This document shows, one piece after another, positions 35,327-47,686 of a stretch of 64,000 bases of DNA; position 1 is the first letter of the stretch; the number at the start of each line of letters is the position of its first letter. A program made the position numbers and the translations under genes. Origin of the DNA: Trichosphaerium sp. ATCC 40318 (Eukaryota; Protista; Tubulinea); contig JALMLS010000056.1 of the NCBI GenBank assembly GCA_038496445.1, positions 248,001 to 312,000 of the forward strand. The letters run 5' to 3'. The notes under the pieces are model-generated. The model was not told the DNA's origin, made no database searches, and saw nothing but the letters and a program-made list of their open reading frames with translations.

Positions 35327-38300
35327 TTAACGATCACGTTTTGAAAAAGCCGAAATTGGTTGAGTCGGTTCGTTGGTGGAACGAAGCGCTATACTAGTTG
35401 CATCTGCTATTGCAGGCGTTTGCTGTGGGTTACCCTTTGCTTGTTCTTGTATTAAGGAAGGAAACTTTTTTATTGGTAAAAGTGTTACATAAGGTAATTG
35501 AAAATATAACTTTTTGTGTTCGACTGGATTAATAACGTTGATGTTTGTGCAATATTATTTATTTACATTTGCTTTTTTTCTGAGTCTTAAAAGTACACGT
35601 GTTACGGCCCTTGAGAGCTTTTTTTTAAAAAAAAGGGCGTCAAGTTGATTGTGAATGTTGTGAAAATACGTTTCCAAGAGATACTGGTAAACCTTCTTCT
35701 TCCTTCTTGACACCAAGTTGTATATACAATAATTTAACAAGTTCTTTGAATTCTTCAAGTTTAACATTAATCTTCGATATGTCTTCATCTTTTTGTCTTA
35801 TCTCCTCCTTTATAGTAATTAAACTATCACTAGAAGTCCTTTCATTCGTTTCTAGCTCTTTAATTTTTTCAAGGTGGTCCTCAATGACCGTTTTCTGATT
35901 TTCAATTTCTTTCTTCAGTTTCTCGTTTTCTTCTTTTAATACTGGACTTTCAGCAATAGCCGCAGGAGCCTTTAAAAATATGAGGTTAGATTTGATGTTT
36001 TGTATAATAGATGATTTACATCTTTTTTTTTGTTTGTAGTAGGTACCTTTGCCTTCTTTAGTTGTGTTTGAAGGATACCTATCATTACAATTTTTTGTTC
36101 AAGCTTATCTTGAACTTCTTCCATTTCTTCTTGAAGGTCATCTACCCTACCTTGACTAGCCTGATATCCAGCTAAAAGCTGCTTGGTTGTAGCTATAGTA
36201 AAGGAGAAGTTAATAAAGATAACCAAACAATATCAGAGAAGGCAACAAGACGATAAGTCCGACTTAAAACACAATGCTGACAAATCACGTACCAAGTTCT
36301 TCTGTAGTCCGTTGTAAGGAAGCTCTGAGCTCTGCTTCATCACTTGATGTAGGTGGTATATCATTATTCAAGGTTGCTGTTTGTGGTTCCATTGAAGCCA
36401 TCTTTTCCTTTAGTTTTTCAATCTCATCTGATCTCTTTGTTGCCAGTGCCTTGTAAGTATCTAACTCCCTCACAATAGTCTTTCTTTGTTCGTCAGCGCA
36501 TAGTAAAGCCTTTTCAAGGTTCTGATAGTTCTCTCTCCAAGTATCAACATCAGAGACGGTTGGCTTCTTACGTAACTCTTCAAGTTCAGCATGTAACTTT
36601 CCAATCGTAGCATCACGTTCAGCTATATTCGTTTGTAGTGTTGTCACAGAATTCTCCAGGAACTTCAAGTCACTGTTACGCTCTGTAACAGGTACTTGAG
36701 CGTTTGATTTCTGCTTTAGCCTCTCAGTAAGATTTCTATTATGTTGCTTTGAAGCTGCTAGTTCTCTTTGAAGTTTTTCAACTTGAACACTGTCCGTTGA
36801 GTTCGCTTTTGATTCTTGTTTTGCAACAACAAGCTGAGCTTGCAGAGATTCAATTTGATCACATGATGAAATCAATTGTTTAGTAGCATCTGCAAGTTTT
36901 CCTCTCAGTTTTGTTAAATCACAAGTCAAGCCTTGAATCTTTTCTTCAGATGCTTCGCAAGCCTCCAAACTAGATTTGTATTGGGCTTCACTTGTCTTAA
37001 CAGCTTCTTTGGCTTCTTTGAGTTCTTTGGACAGCTTATCAACCTGACCCTTTGATATTGCTGGTGTCTGTATGTTGAGGTGTTTCTCTATACCTACTGG
37101 AGGCGCAGGACCTGTTGCGAGTTGTTCTATGCGGTTGTTTGCTGTTGTGAGTTGCTTTTGTAACGATGCATTGCGTTCTCTTAGTTTCTTGTTCTCTGTT
37201 TGGTATCTTTGTTTCTCTAGGGCAACATGTTGTGTAGGTACACGTGTAAGTTGTTCTATTTGAGCATTTGCTGAAGATAGCTTGTTTTCTAGATTAGATA
37301 TCTTATTACGAAGCTCCTTATTGTCTATTTGGTATCTATGAAGCTTCTCTTGAGCCTTTGCTGATTTTTGAGCTTGATGGTCTGAACCTAAATAACAAAT
37401 TAACTTGAGAAGTTATTAAAAACTTTAATTTGAACGTACTTGAATGAGTTTTTTGTCTCTTAGGTGGAGGTGCTAATGGAGGCTGGCTTGATGATCTTTT
37501 GAGTTCCTTTCTTAACTCTTTGAACTGAAGAATAAAATAAGAAAATCTCAACAAGTAGGTGGAAGAAAAAAGCAATTTCGTACACCTGTTGAAATTGATT
37601 CTTTGATAAACGAAGTTAAGTTCTTTTCTGTCTTTGAGTCATCCTTGTGCACTACCCTCCTAACCTCATCAAGTCTATAAAACCGTTAAAAATCAGAGTG
37701 TTTTAATAGAAAACGAGATAGAGTAGTACTTTCTCTTGAGCCTAAGCACATGTTTGCGAAGTACTCTTATTTCTTGTTTTTCTTTAGTTACAGGTTCAGC
37801 TTGAGGTTTTGCAGTAGGTGCAGGTGCTGCAAAAGTTTCACTTGGTGGTTGAGCTCTATTCTCTAAGATATGTGCCTCTTTATATTCGGATATTTCCTTA
37901 TCCTATAAGGCACAGATTCTGTCAGTACTCTTCAAGGTGTTATATTAAATAACGCACACGCCAAGCAATATCTTCGTTTTTCTTTTGTAGCTCTTTTCTA
38001 TACTTATTACTTTCTTGGTCCTTGTTTACCAACTGTTGCTTGTATGAGTCCCTATCACGCTCAACCTTAATTTGTTTGTTAATTTTTTATTATAATCTCT
38101 AAGATTCAGGTAAGTGCTTACCATCTCCATAGTAGATTTATATTTTTCTGCTCTACTCTTTTCTGCTTGAAGTTGTTCACGTAGCTTCGTTACTTCATCA
38201 GTATTTTGTGGTTGTGGTTGTTTCTGAGGCGCATTGGTCTGTGTTTGTGCTTGCTGTGGTGACTGATCTTGTTGCAAACTGTGAATTTCCTATTTCAAGT

Positions 38301-39433
38301 TATGAGTACTCAGAAAATTGTGTTAAAAAAAAAGCATAAAGCTGTGAGCATACATCATCCGCAAGAGGGATATATCCGTCAGGTTCAGGGTACACACTTT
38401 GTGCTTGATGTTGTGTAGGTATTGTATTGTTATAGGGCGTATAATTTGTCTGTGGAGGTGCTATTGTATGTGATTGTGTTTGGCCTTGCTGAATGCCAGG
38501 CAAATTGGATTGAGCCTGTTGAGGCGGGTGTGTTTGTGCAGGTGCAGTGTTTTGTAAACGGCCAACGGATGTTTGACGTTGTATATTTTGTGTTTGCGAG
38601 CGTTGAGTAGCAGATGTACTGCGCTGTTGTATACGCTGTGGTGGTGATGTAAACTGCTGATTTTGTATGAGTCGTGCATGTGATGGGCTTTGTTGGTTAT
38701 GTTGTGGTGAAGCTCTGTGACCTTGATTGCGATGTACAAGTGGACTACGTTGTAGTTGTTGTGGTGACTGTGTTTGGTGTGGTGTTTGTTGTGTGTTCTG
38801 ATTTAGACGCAAACTCGTGCTTGGAGATTGTTGATGAGCTATAGGCGACGTTTGATTGTTTCGTTGCGTCGTTTGATGGTTGGTAGCGCGTGTAAGGTTG
38901 CTATGTTGTTGTCTTTGTTGTTGTATTTGGGGCCGTGGAAGGGTTTGTTGTGTTGGTACTGGTTGTTGCTGTCTAATTTGGTTTTGGCGCACGTTTTGAT
39001 TTCGTTGTTGAATGTTTTGTTGAGCGTTGTTAACCGGAGGTGCACGCACTTGTTGGTTTCGGATTTGGCCAGTGGGTCTTCTATATGGCGTGTGTGATTG
39101 CTGGTTATTAATTGGGCGCGTATTTTGTGTATGTGTAATTGTTTCCTGTTGTTGTAGGTTTTGTTGAGGCGTTCTTGTAATTGACACATTCTGCGGATTT
39201 TGAGCGCGTTGATTTCTGTTTTCTCGCGTATTTTGAGTATAACGGGCGTTTGGGTATGGGTTTTGAGGAGGCGGTGCTACAAATGATTTCGACACTGGCT
39301 AGCAAGTACTGTAAGCGATTGTACGCATACCAGAGTACGTACAGGAGGTTTATTATTTTGAAATGTATGTAATACCCCCAAAGGAGGTCTACCGTTTGTA
39401 TTCGTATTTGAACGCGCAGAGTACCTCGGAAAC
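35327..39433 (-). CDS. Large protein with a Q/N/P-rich low-complexity N-terminal region and long coiled coils (ends approximate)
   Basis: A ~1-kb Q-rich exon (38300-39295) followed by heptad-rich E/K/L exons (36285-37330, 35700-36200). Confidence 0.7.
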
Positions 39434-39704
39434 TACAAAATTAACGTTTTACAACACTTAAAAGTTCAACGAACCATGCTGGGTACTCCACAAAGCGATT
39501 ATTCGAGTAGAAACAGTCAATAGTGTATCATTTGATGTTCGCCAGTTCTTGTAAACAGTTTTGGTTATTCAACTGTAAGCAGCAGACCTATGGGAGAATA
39601 CCTCAGTTTTGCTTTTAGTCAACTACAGTTGCGAAACGAGATCTTGTAGCAATTCAGCAATAGTTTAAAATTGAACACGTCATCGTGTGGTTTATGGTCC
39701 AGTG

Positions 39705-42041
39705 ATGAAGGTTACATTACGTTCATACACTGTAGTGTCGGTGGTTGTCACCGCGGGATTGTTGACAAAGGTGTGGACAGAGCACGAGCAGTTCTACCCG
39801 ACGTTAGAGCATGTTGGTAAATCGAAATTATTCTCTTTGGTGCGTAATAAACCTAAATGGCGTATTAACCGATGTACAGGTATTGGGTAATTTGTTGCTA
39901 TCATTAATGCTCTCATTTGGGCAGCTTGTAATCTATCTCTTTCTGGGGACACTTCGTGATCGTGAAATTGAAGTTTTAAGGTACTCGACGCGTGTACGTT
40001 AACGATTATTGTTAATATTTTGGATTTAGTGATCGGTTATGGCCAACAGTTACAGACACGTTATTGGCGATGACCATTTTCCGAAACGAGTTCACGCCAA
40101 AGTTTATATTTTTATTCACTGTTTTACTTGGCATTAAAACGTTTCATTGGCTAGTAAAGGACAGAGTAGCATTTGTACGTCTATTTTGGCTACTTCTAGA
40201 ACTTTGACGCATTGATCTTTGACATCATTTTTGTTTGCTTTCTTTTTTAATTTATCAAGTCTCTACTGCTTTATAGCTTATTCCCTCTCCTTAGTTGGCA
40301 ACAACACCCGCTTCTTCCAGCGCAGAGAACCTCAGAATATTTTGTTTGATAGCGGTACTATTTTGGCCACGTGTTTTAACATGTCACTTATTATTTTATC
40401 TTTAGGCTCTTCTTGTTGTTGATAGTACTCTAGCTTATAAAATTGGTGAAAACTTTTGGATAAAAGGTCCTAGTGTATCTCTATTATTTTTATTCGAAGT
40501 ACGATAGCGTTGTACAAAAAGTATTTGACATGAGCTAACATTTGCAACTTAGTATGTATTATTATTTTTTGATGCCTCTTCTGTCCTCACAAAATTCTTC
40601 TTCAACCTCTACGATTCATGGAAGGGTGGTCTATGGGAAGACAAATCAGTATACGTATTGTATTTGGAGTTCTTTGTAGATGGTATGTGGTATACAATTC
40701 GCGATTTTCTTTCTTTTTTTAATTTTCGCTAATCTCTTCTCCATAGTTTTGTCTCTTGTGTGCTATTTGATATTTTTCTTTTCGATTTGGGCATACTATG
40801 GCTTACCTATCCATCTAATACGACAGATATACTACACAATGCGGTACATTTATTTTAATATAAGTTTTAAGCTTTGTATCATCTTACAACGGTATAGCCA
40901 TTTTTTCGAGCGCTTTGCGAGTGTATTACGCTATCAAAAGGCAGCGAGAGAATTAGAACGTCTGCCAAATGCAAATTTTGATGACTTGGAAGGTAATTTT
41001 TTTTCTTTTGTGGTTGTCGCTTTTAGTTTTCATTCACTCACTTGTTTTTAGGTGCTGATAATATTTGCGCTATTTGCCGAGATCCTATGGTTTCTGGAAA
41101 GAAATTAAATTGCGGTCACGTGTTTCATTATCATTGTTTAAGGAGTTGGTTCCTTAGGCGGCAAGTTTGTCCTATCTGCAGGGCGCCAATCTTCACGTAT
41201 GTTTTAAGAGAACTTACATCTACTACGTAACTTACTGATATCTGTAATCGTAGTGAACCTGAAGCTGGTAATGCTGGAGAAGAACAAAATCAGTTGCCAC
41301 TACCACCACCTCCATTTGGTGGATTTTACAATAATTTCCCAGGTGTCAACATGCCAAATGCGCCACCAGGGTTCCTTCCTAGGCCGCCTAACATGGCGCA
41401 ACTTCAAGCACATAATCACGCAAACCATGCTCATCCACATGGACAGCATGATCACAACTTCCATCCTGCTGAAGAGCAAGAACAAGTGGAGAATGAAGAT
41501 GAATCTGTTGGACCTGATACTTCAATAATAGAAAATCAAGGACAAGCAACAGAAACTTCCAGCCCTCAAGTACGTGTGATGTTTTTTTAAATTGTTACGG
41601 TGTTTTTTAATGCTTGGGAAGGTAACACCAGATGTACTTGAGCGCACAATTGTACAAGTAGTAGAAATCCAAGAACAGCTCCAAAATTTAACAGAGCAAG
41701 TTGGTTCCTTGATGACAACACTCACAGTTGCAGCTCAACAAGCTCAACGAGCTCAACAAGCGATGCAAGCACAAGAACAAAATGATCAAGAATCACGTGC
41801 TGTAATGCACATTCCTTCAACATCATCACCTCCTGTTTCACCAGCTCCATTCTTTTCCGCTTCTTCGCCTCGACCTCAAAAATTCTTAAAGGAGAAGAAT
41901 GCTGAAGAAATTCAAGCAGAGGAAAAAGAGCAAGATGAAGAAGATAGCACAGAAGAAAAGGATAATGATCAGAAAAAGAAAGATGAAATGCGTCAAGCGC
42001 GTATGATGCGATTCAGTCAAGATAGCACAACACTCGAGTAA
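39705..42041 (+). CDS. HRD1: ERAD E3 ubiquitin ligase HRD1/synoviolin
   Basis: QFYPT, FLGTLRDREIE, LAMTIFRNEF, IKTFHWLVKDRV, WEDKSVY and YGLPIHLIR. RING-H2 CAICRDPM...CGHVFHYHCLRSWF...CPICR, followed by a Pro-rich tail. Confidence 0.95.
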
Positions 42042-42318
42042 TAAATGTCAACATTGTATATGTACAAAAAAGCCAAAATACTAGTATCTATTTGTTACAT
42101 TAGGCGCGGTAGTACTGGTAACTGTTGTATGGCCGAGTGTTGAGTAACATTAATAAGGTGTATCCGTTTAAGATGGCTGGTGTAGCGGGCAATCAGTGAA
42201 AAATGCGCGTTTTTTTTTGTTTTTGTTAACGCTTAAAGTCAAGCTCAGTCGCAAAGTTTTTCTCATTGTAGCGCCTTTTTTATATGTACAATAGAGCCAC
42301 ACAGGCAGTTATTTAATT

Positions 42319-44326
42319 ATGCAAAAATTTGGTACAGTTCTAAGTTGTGAAAAAGTACTAAAATGTACTAGAACCACTCCAGAGTGAAGTATTTCGTGAT
42401 GTGAGAGTTATTATATCTCCAGGCTGGGCGGCGTTTATGGTCACTTTAGCATTGCTTGTACGCATTATTTATCGCGTTTTTATGCGCTAAACACACTCAG
42501 TACTCTCTTAAAAACTATTTCGCTCCATTTGATCTATGGTTGTCGTCATTGAAGGTGTTTATACCTCCTAAACAAGAGATTATAGAAGAACTGAACAGAA
42601 ACGGCAAATACAGGTGAGAATTTACACTATTAATCATATTTGTTCTAATATGCGTCTTTTAAGCTCTAAACGCCAGCAAAAAGTAAGTGTTACTGGTGGA
42701 TTATCAATTACACATGCTGAGGTACGTAACAATAGCAGTTGTCGGCGGATTTGCTCAATTAATATTATTTACCAGACACTACCAGCTCTTTTGAGCCTAA
42801 GCTTCTTGAAAGAGACATGGGTGACACTTGTCATGTTCAATATTGCGTTCTTCTCGAGCTATTTGTACGAAAAAAGCCAGACCATTGATCTATTTTCTTC
42901 TTTCTTCGTTTTTGAGTTCTGTTGTTTCTGAAGGGAAACTTTTGGACTTCGTCTTTCTTTCCAATACCTTTACTTACATGATTTTGTAGAGTATCTTTTA
43001 TTTCTCCATTGATAAGATATTACCTCGCTGAGTGGACTGTATATGTCATAGCTATTATTGTAAACTTGTGCGTCCAGGTTTTTTTTGTTTTTGAGTTGAC
43101 AAATGCCTATTCGCTCATTTTGGTCTTTAGGTACTGTGTATATCAACCTAGCAGATTATTAGCGTCTTCTACTGTTACAAAACGGTTATGTTGGCTTATG
43201 GGTGGATTTTCAGCAATCACGTGTTTTCTAGTACTTGAGGAGCCGGACTACATTCTAAATGTTGGTTTGGAGCAAGGTTAGTTGAAGTTGTTTAATTATT
43301 TCAATAGTAACCGCTTTTCCAAGGCTTCACAGAAAGCAATAAAGCATTGAATGTGTGGTTACAAACACGTGTGGATCCAACATTATCGTACGTGCACTTA
43401 GAACAGAATTCCTTCGTCAGTTCTTAAAAAAATTGTAAAAAAATAGGTTCACAATCGATTTTCTTTGGTTTCGTGTTGCCATGTCCTTATTTGTTGGTAT
43501 CCTTGGATTTACATTATGTTTACCTGCAATTGAACGTGGCTTTGTTTTCAAGCAATTAAGTGATCCTGGTAAAACTGTAAGCTCAATCTTTAGATGGCAC
43601 GTCTTTTTGTTTTATATTTTCAAAGTGCAATAGATTTCTAAGCTGTTTTTAGGATTGTATCAATGTGGAGTATGATAATGCCTGGTATGGTATTACTGTT
43701 ATATTTTAAAGCTATTACAGATTATATTGTTTCTGAATTTGAAGGGTAAGAAACCCTTGAATTTGATTGTTTGTATTTAACAAATTAATTAATTTTAGGG
43801 TTACACCGTATATGTTGACATTAGCACGTAATGTTATCATTGTATCTTTCTCAGTTTGTAATGCTGGGTTATTACGTGAACATATACAATGTCATTTAAA
43901 TCGAGCAATAATATGGGCTAGATTCTTTTATAGTAGCAACTTCAAAGATAGAGGTAGTCACTTCAAACCCTTTTTTTTTTTTGCTTTTTCAATTTTTTTT
44001 TATTGTTGTTGATAAGCGAGCTAGGTACACAACTTGAAAAGATGATGCTTGCTATCATAAGAAAGATACTCACTGTAGCTACTTGTTTGGTGGGACCTTA
44101 TTTTTTGATTTGTTGGTGTGTTGCTGCAAATAGTACGTCAAAAAAGAAACCAAAGAATTACTGATAGAACTAATTGGTTTTTTTCAAAGGTTGGGTAACT
44201 GATTTTGTCGTGTTTTATGCTATTTTCATATACTATTTTGTATTACTGCTTAGCTTGTTATTCCCTGCAAATTTTCGTGAAGATGAATCCTTATTATTAA
44301 GACGATACAAGCTAAAACTATCATAG
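42319..44326 (+). CDS. TMEM161-family multipass membrane protein
   Basis: FLVLEEPDYILNVGLEQGF, VGILGFTLCLPAIE and MPGMVLLLYFKAITDYI resemble TMEM161 motifs. One GC-AG intron is present. The 5' exons are tentative. Confidence 0.62.
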
Positions 44327-44573
44327 CCTTTACAATTTTTTTCAAAAAAGAACCACCTCACTCTTTGGTGTTTTTTTCCGATTGGACAGACAATAAATAT
44401 AAAGATAAAGTGACAGTTCCAAAAATAGCTATGTTTGTAATAAAATTGTTTCTGCTCACCGCTTAACGTGAATGATGACAATACAATGTACTAGTTTGTT
44501 ATTTTGGCATACATGCAATTTACAGAAAAATATTTTGATTGATGTACCCTGCAGGCAGCTTTATTGAATAGAA

Positions 44574-45836
44574 TCAACGCAAATTACTGTGAACTGTCAC
44601 ACCATTTTCTTTTAGAGCGTTAATACTTTTTTCTGTAATATTTGATGTTGTTGAAATCCTAAGCACGTGCACACCTGATAATAGTGTGATACCATTGTCT
44701 GTAATGTTATCACACTTAACAAGGCTTATTTTGAATACACCAGAAAGTGGAATAAGCCAATCATCTGTGGCATTTGTACATGACAGATCAATTGTGTGTA
44801 CGCTAGCAAGAGTTTGCATACATGTCCCAGTGATACCCTTACATCCTGATAGATTGATTGTATGTACACCAACAAGTTTTGATATACTCTGGTCTGTGAC
44901 ACGTGTGCACCAACTTAAGCCTATGGTATGTACTCCAACCAACGCTGAAACACCAACATCCGTAACTTGTGTTTTGCTCAAGTATATGGTATGCACACCA
45001 GCCAAAGCAGAAATACCTTTGTCTGTCACTAATGTACGATTTAAATATATGGAATGTACACCAGCCAATGCTGAAAGAGTATTGCCTTTGATTTGATTAC
45101 AAAAGTTCAGTTTTATAGTATGTACGCCTGCAAGTGGAACAAGCCAATCATCATTTGCTGCTGTACCTGATAAATCAATGGTATGTACACCAGACAACGC
45201 TGAAATACCTTTACATGTTATGTATCTGCATTGTTTTAATACTATCTTTTGGACTCCAGAAAATGATGATATTATTTCGTCTGTAACTTTTGAGCTTCCG
45301 ATATTTATGCTTGGTACTCCTGCAAGTGCTCTGAAACCAGATATTGTCATTTTAGAATTTCTATGTAAGTAAACGTGTTTGAGGTGTTTGGCAAGTGGTG
45401 CTATCCCTGCATCTGTAATTTTTGGACAAAAGGATAGTGCTAGGCTTTGTACACCACAAATATGCCTCAGTCCTGTGTCTGTGATGTTCTTGTTTGCAAT
45501 AATATGTAATTCGTTCACACCAGAAAGAAAAGCGAGATCTGAGTCTCTTCCGTCTTTCAAAAACAAAATTTTTGTGTTTTTTAGGAGAGGACTTTCTGAA
45601 AGGAGAGAAGCACTCGCAGTTGAGTTAGCCGTGATGTAATTATACCCAATATGATAGTGAATGACATCTGATAGTCGTTTACAGCTTTGAGAAATGAGAA
45701 ATCGAGATGAACGCTCCACAAATGACAGTAAATGAGCCAGTATCTCTATTGGTACATCTAAAAGCTCAATAGTATTTATTTCGCTTGTAGAATCATCTAA
45801 TAGGTTCTCGTGTATTTCTTTGTTGCCAACGAGCAT
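44574..45836 (-). CDS. Intronless F-box/LRR protein
   Basis: 420-aa uninterrupted ORF with an F-box (LLDVPIEILAHLLSFV...SCKRL) and ~13 repeats of TDxGISALxGVHTIxL. Confidence 0.92.
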   Translation of the reverse strand: MLVGNKEIHENLLDDSTSEINTIELLDVPIEILAHLLSFVERSSRFLISQSCKRLSDVIHYHIGYNYITANSTASASLLSESPLLKNTKILFLKDGRDSDLAFLSGVNELHIIANKNITDTGLRHICGVQSLALSFCPKITDAGIAPLAKHLKHVYLHRNSKMTISGFRALAGVPSINIGSSKVTDEIISSFSGVQKIVLKQCRYITCKGISALSGVHTIDLSGTAANDDWLVPLAGVHTIKLNFCNQIKGNTLSALAGVHSIYLNRTLVTDKGISALAGVHTIYLSKTQVTDVGVSALVGVHTIGLSWCTRVTDQSISKLVGVHTINLSGCKGITGTCMQTLASVHTIDLSCTNATDDWLIPLSGVFKISLVKCDNITDNGITLLSGVHVLRISTTSNITEKSINALKENGVTVHSNLR

Positions 45837-47686
45837 TTGTAATAATTAGTTACTAACAATTGATGAAACGTTATGAAACGTTAAAGGGCACGAAAGATGA
45901 GAATACGTGTAAGAGAGACGTGGCCTTAGTTGTAGGATAATAGCGTATTTATTAAAGGTCATTACATAATTCAGAGATACATTTTAATGTTCATTATCAT
46001 TAATCTCATGATTAAATGTAATCAGAGAATAGTAACGTACGTGGGGTCAAAAAGTCGCGTAAGTAAAGAGACATGTGAAGAATTACTAAAGATAGCTAAG
46101 TATTTTATTTAGGTAGGTACACCCAAAGAACTTGTAGCAACTACATGGCATTAACCATAAGGTTAATACCAAGCAAAGAATAGAAAGATAGGGCATGTTA
46201 CAATGAAGTTATGTTAAGATAGAGTTGCAATTTTAGGAAAATCCAGTTTCTGCCTACCCTGTCATCGTAGTTGTATACTACTGGACTACTGCCAACATTT
46301 CATTATTTCTTACACACGTTTATAGCCTTGATGTGTGATATCACCAGTGGCAACAAGAGGAGCACTATTATGTTGTTTTAACACTTTCCTGTTATTTTCT
46401 TCCCGTTTTGATACGTTGTCAAGCCAGCTACTAGCCAATCTAATGTACCTGGTACCCAACCACTATGACAAACCTCCTCACTTTCGTCAGTCTAAAAAAA
46501 CAGAATGCGTAGACACTATTTTGTTGAACGTTCCTTGCTAGTAAAGTTGTTTTACGCTGAATGCAAAAAACTAGACGCTTTTGTCGACGATAGAAACGTA
46601 ATTCTAGTGCTTCAACGGACGCAGCAACTTTCAGGAAGGTAAACAAAATTAACAGTGGAACCACAAGTGAGTAGATCAGTTTGTTTCTAAATAACTCTCA
46701 CTGGAAGGAACCATTCATATAGCTGTACAGAATATGCACATATCACTTAGCCTTCGCAAGACCTCGCTGCAAGGAAACTGCTGACGGTACCTTTCTCACC
46801 AAACAATGCGATTTTTGTAAATCATCAAGCATGCATGCAGAGCTTGCACTTGAAACAATGGGCACACCAACCCAGCGGAGGTGAATCTCGGCTACAGCAA
46901 TTCACCTGAAGTGAACAATCGGAAGTGCTGTATGAACGCCCTCCCAGAAGTAAGTCAAATGAACTTTGCCACCTGTTGGCGTATTGTGAGGCAGCGTCGG
47001 GTGGCGCGCAGGGAAAAGGTGGTATGAGTTCCAGGATTTTGAAGCCGGAGAGTAACTCTTCATTTCAAGTTCGTACTGTAGAGCTACAGAGCTTTTTATG
47101 TTTAACAGCCCATTTACAGAGTAAATACAAGTAAATGTCTTGCTGGTCCTCAGTGGAATAAACTTTTCCTGTTATTTACTGAAGGTGAATCGGCACTTCC
47201 CTTTTTTGGTTCTCTGTCTGGAAACGCTTGGGTTGGTGAACAAAAGCTTTTAACCTAGTTAGAGTTGCAGTGAAGGGACGTTAGCCGTACTTTCGAGGGT
47301 GTTCAAACATGGCTGTTAGAGATGCAGGCTTTCTTGGCATGATAGTTCGGATGACGTTCAGACGGTTAATGCCTCTGTTGGATGAAATTCAAGTGATGGT
47401 CTTACGTGCCAAAAGACAAACACAGTTTGATGTGCATTGAGTATGTTCCGCTCTTTGAAGCCATGGTTTCTTGGCAACGCGAAACCAACGCCAGAAGTTC
47501 CAAAACCCAAAACATCGCTACTTTCGTGAATGTTAATAGTATCACGTGAATGACGCACAAATTCCATTAGAAACCCGAGCACGTTTTAAAACGGACTTAT
47601 TTTTACTGAATAGTGTTGCCGGGTTTTGGTAAGAACGGGTCAGTTTAAAAAAGTGAGAAACAAACAGCTAGTACAACACTTCAACA

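Noticed and set aside
44686-45639. Plus-strand ORFs antisense to the F-box-LRR gene (and similar antisense ORFs over G-alpha and the kinase gene)
   Set aside because: These are shadow frames of real coding sequence with no independent motifs.
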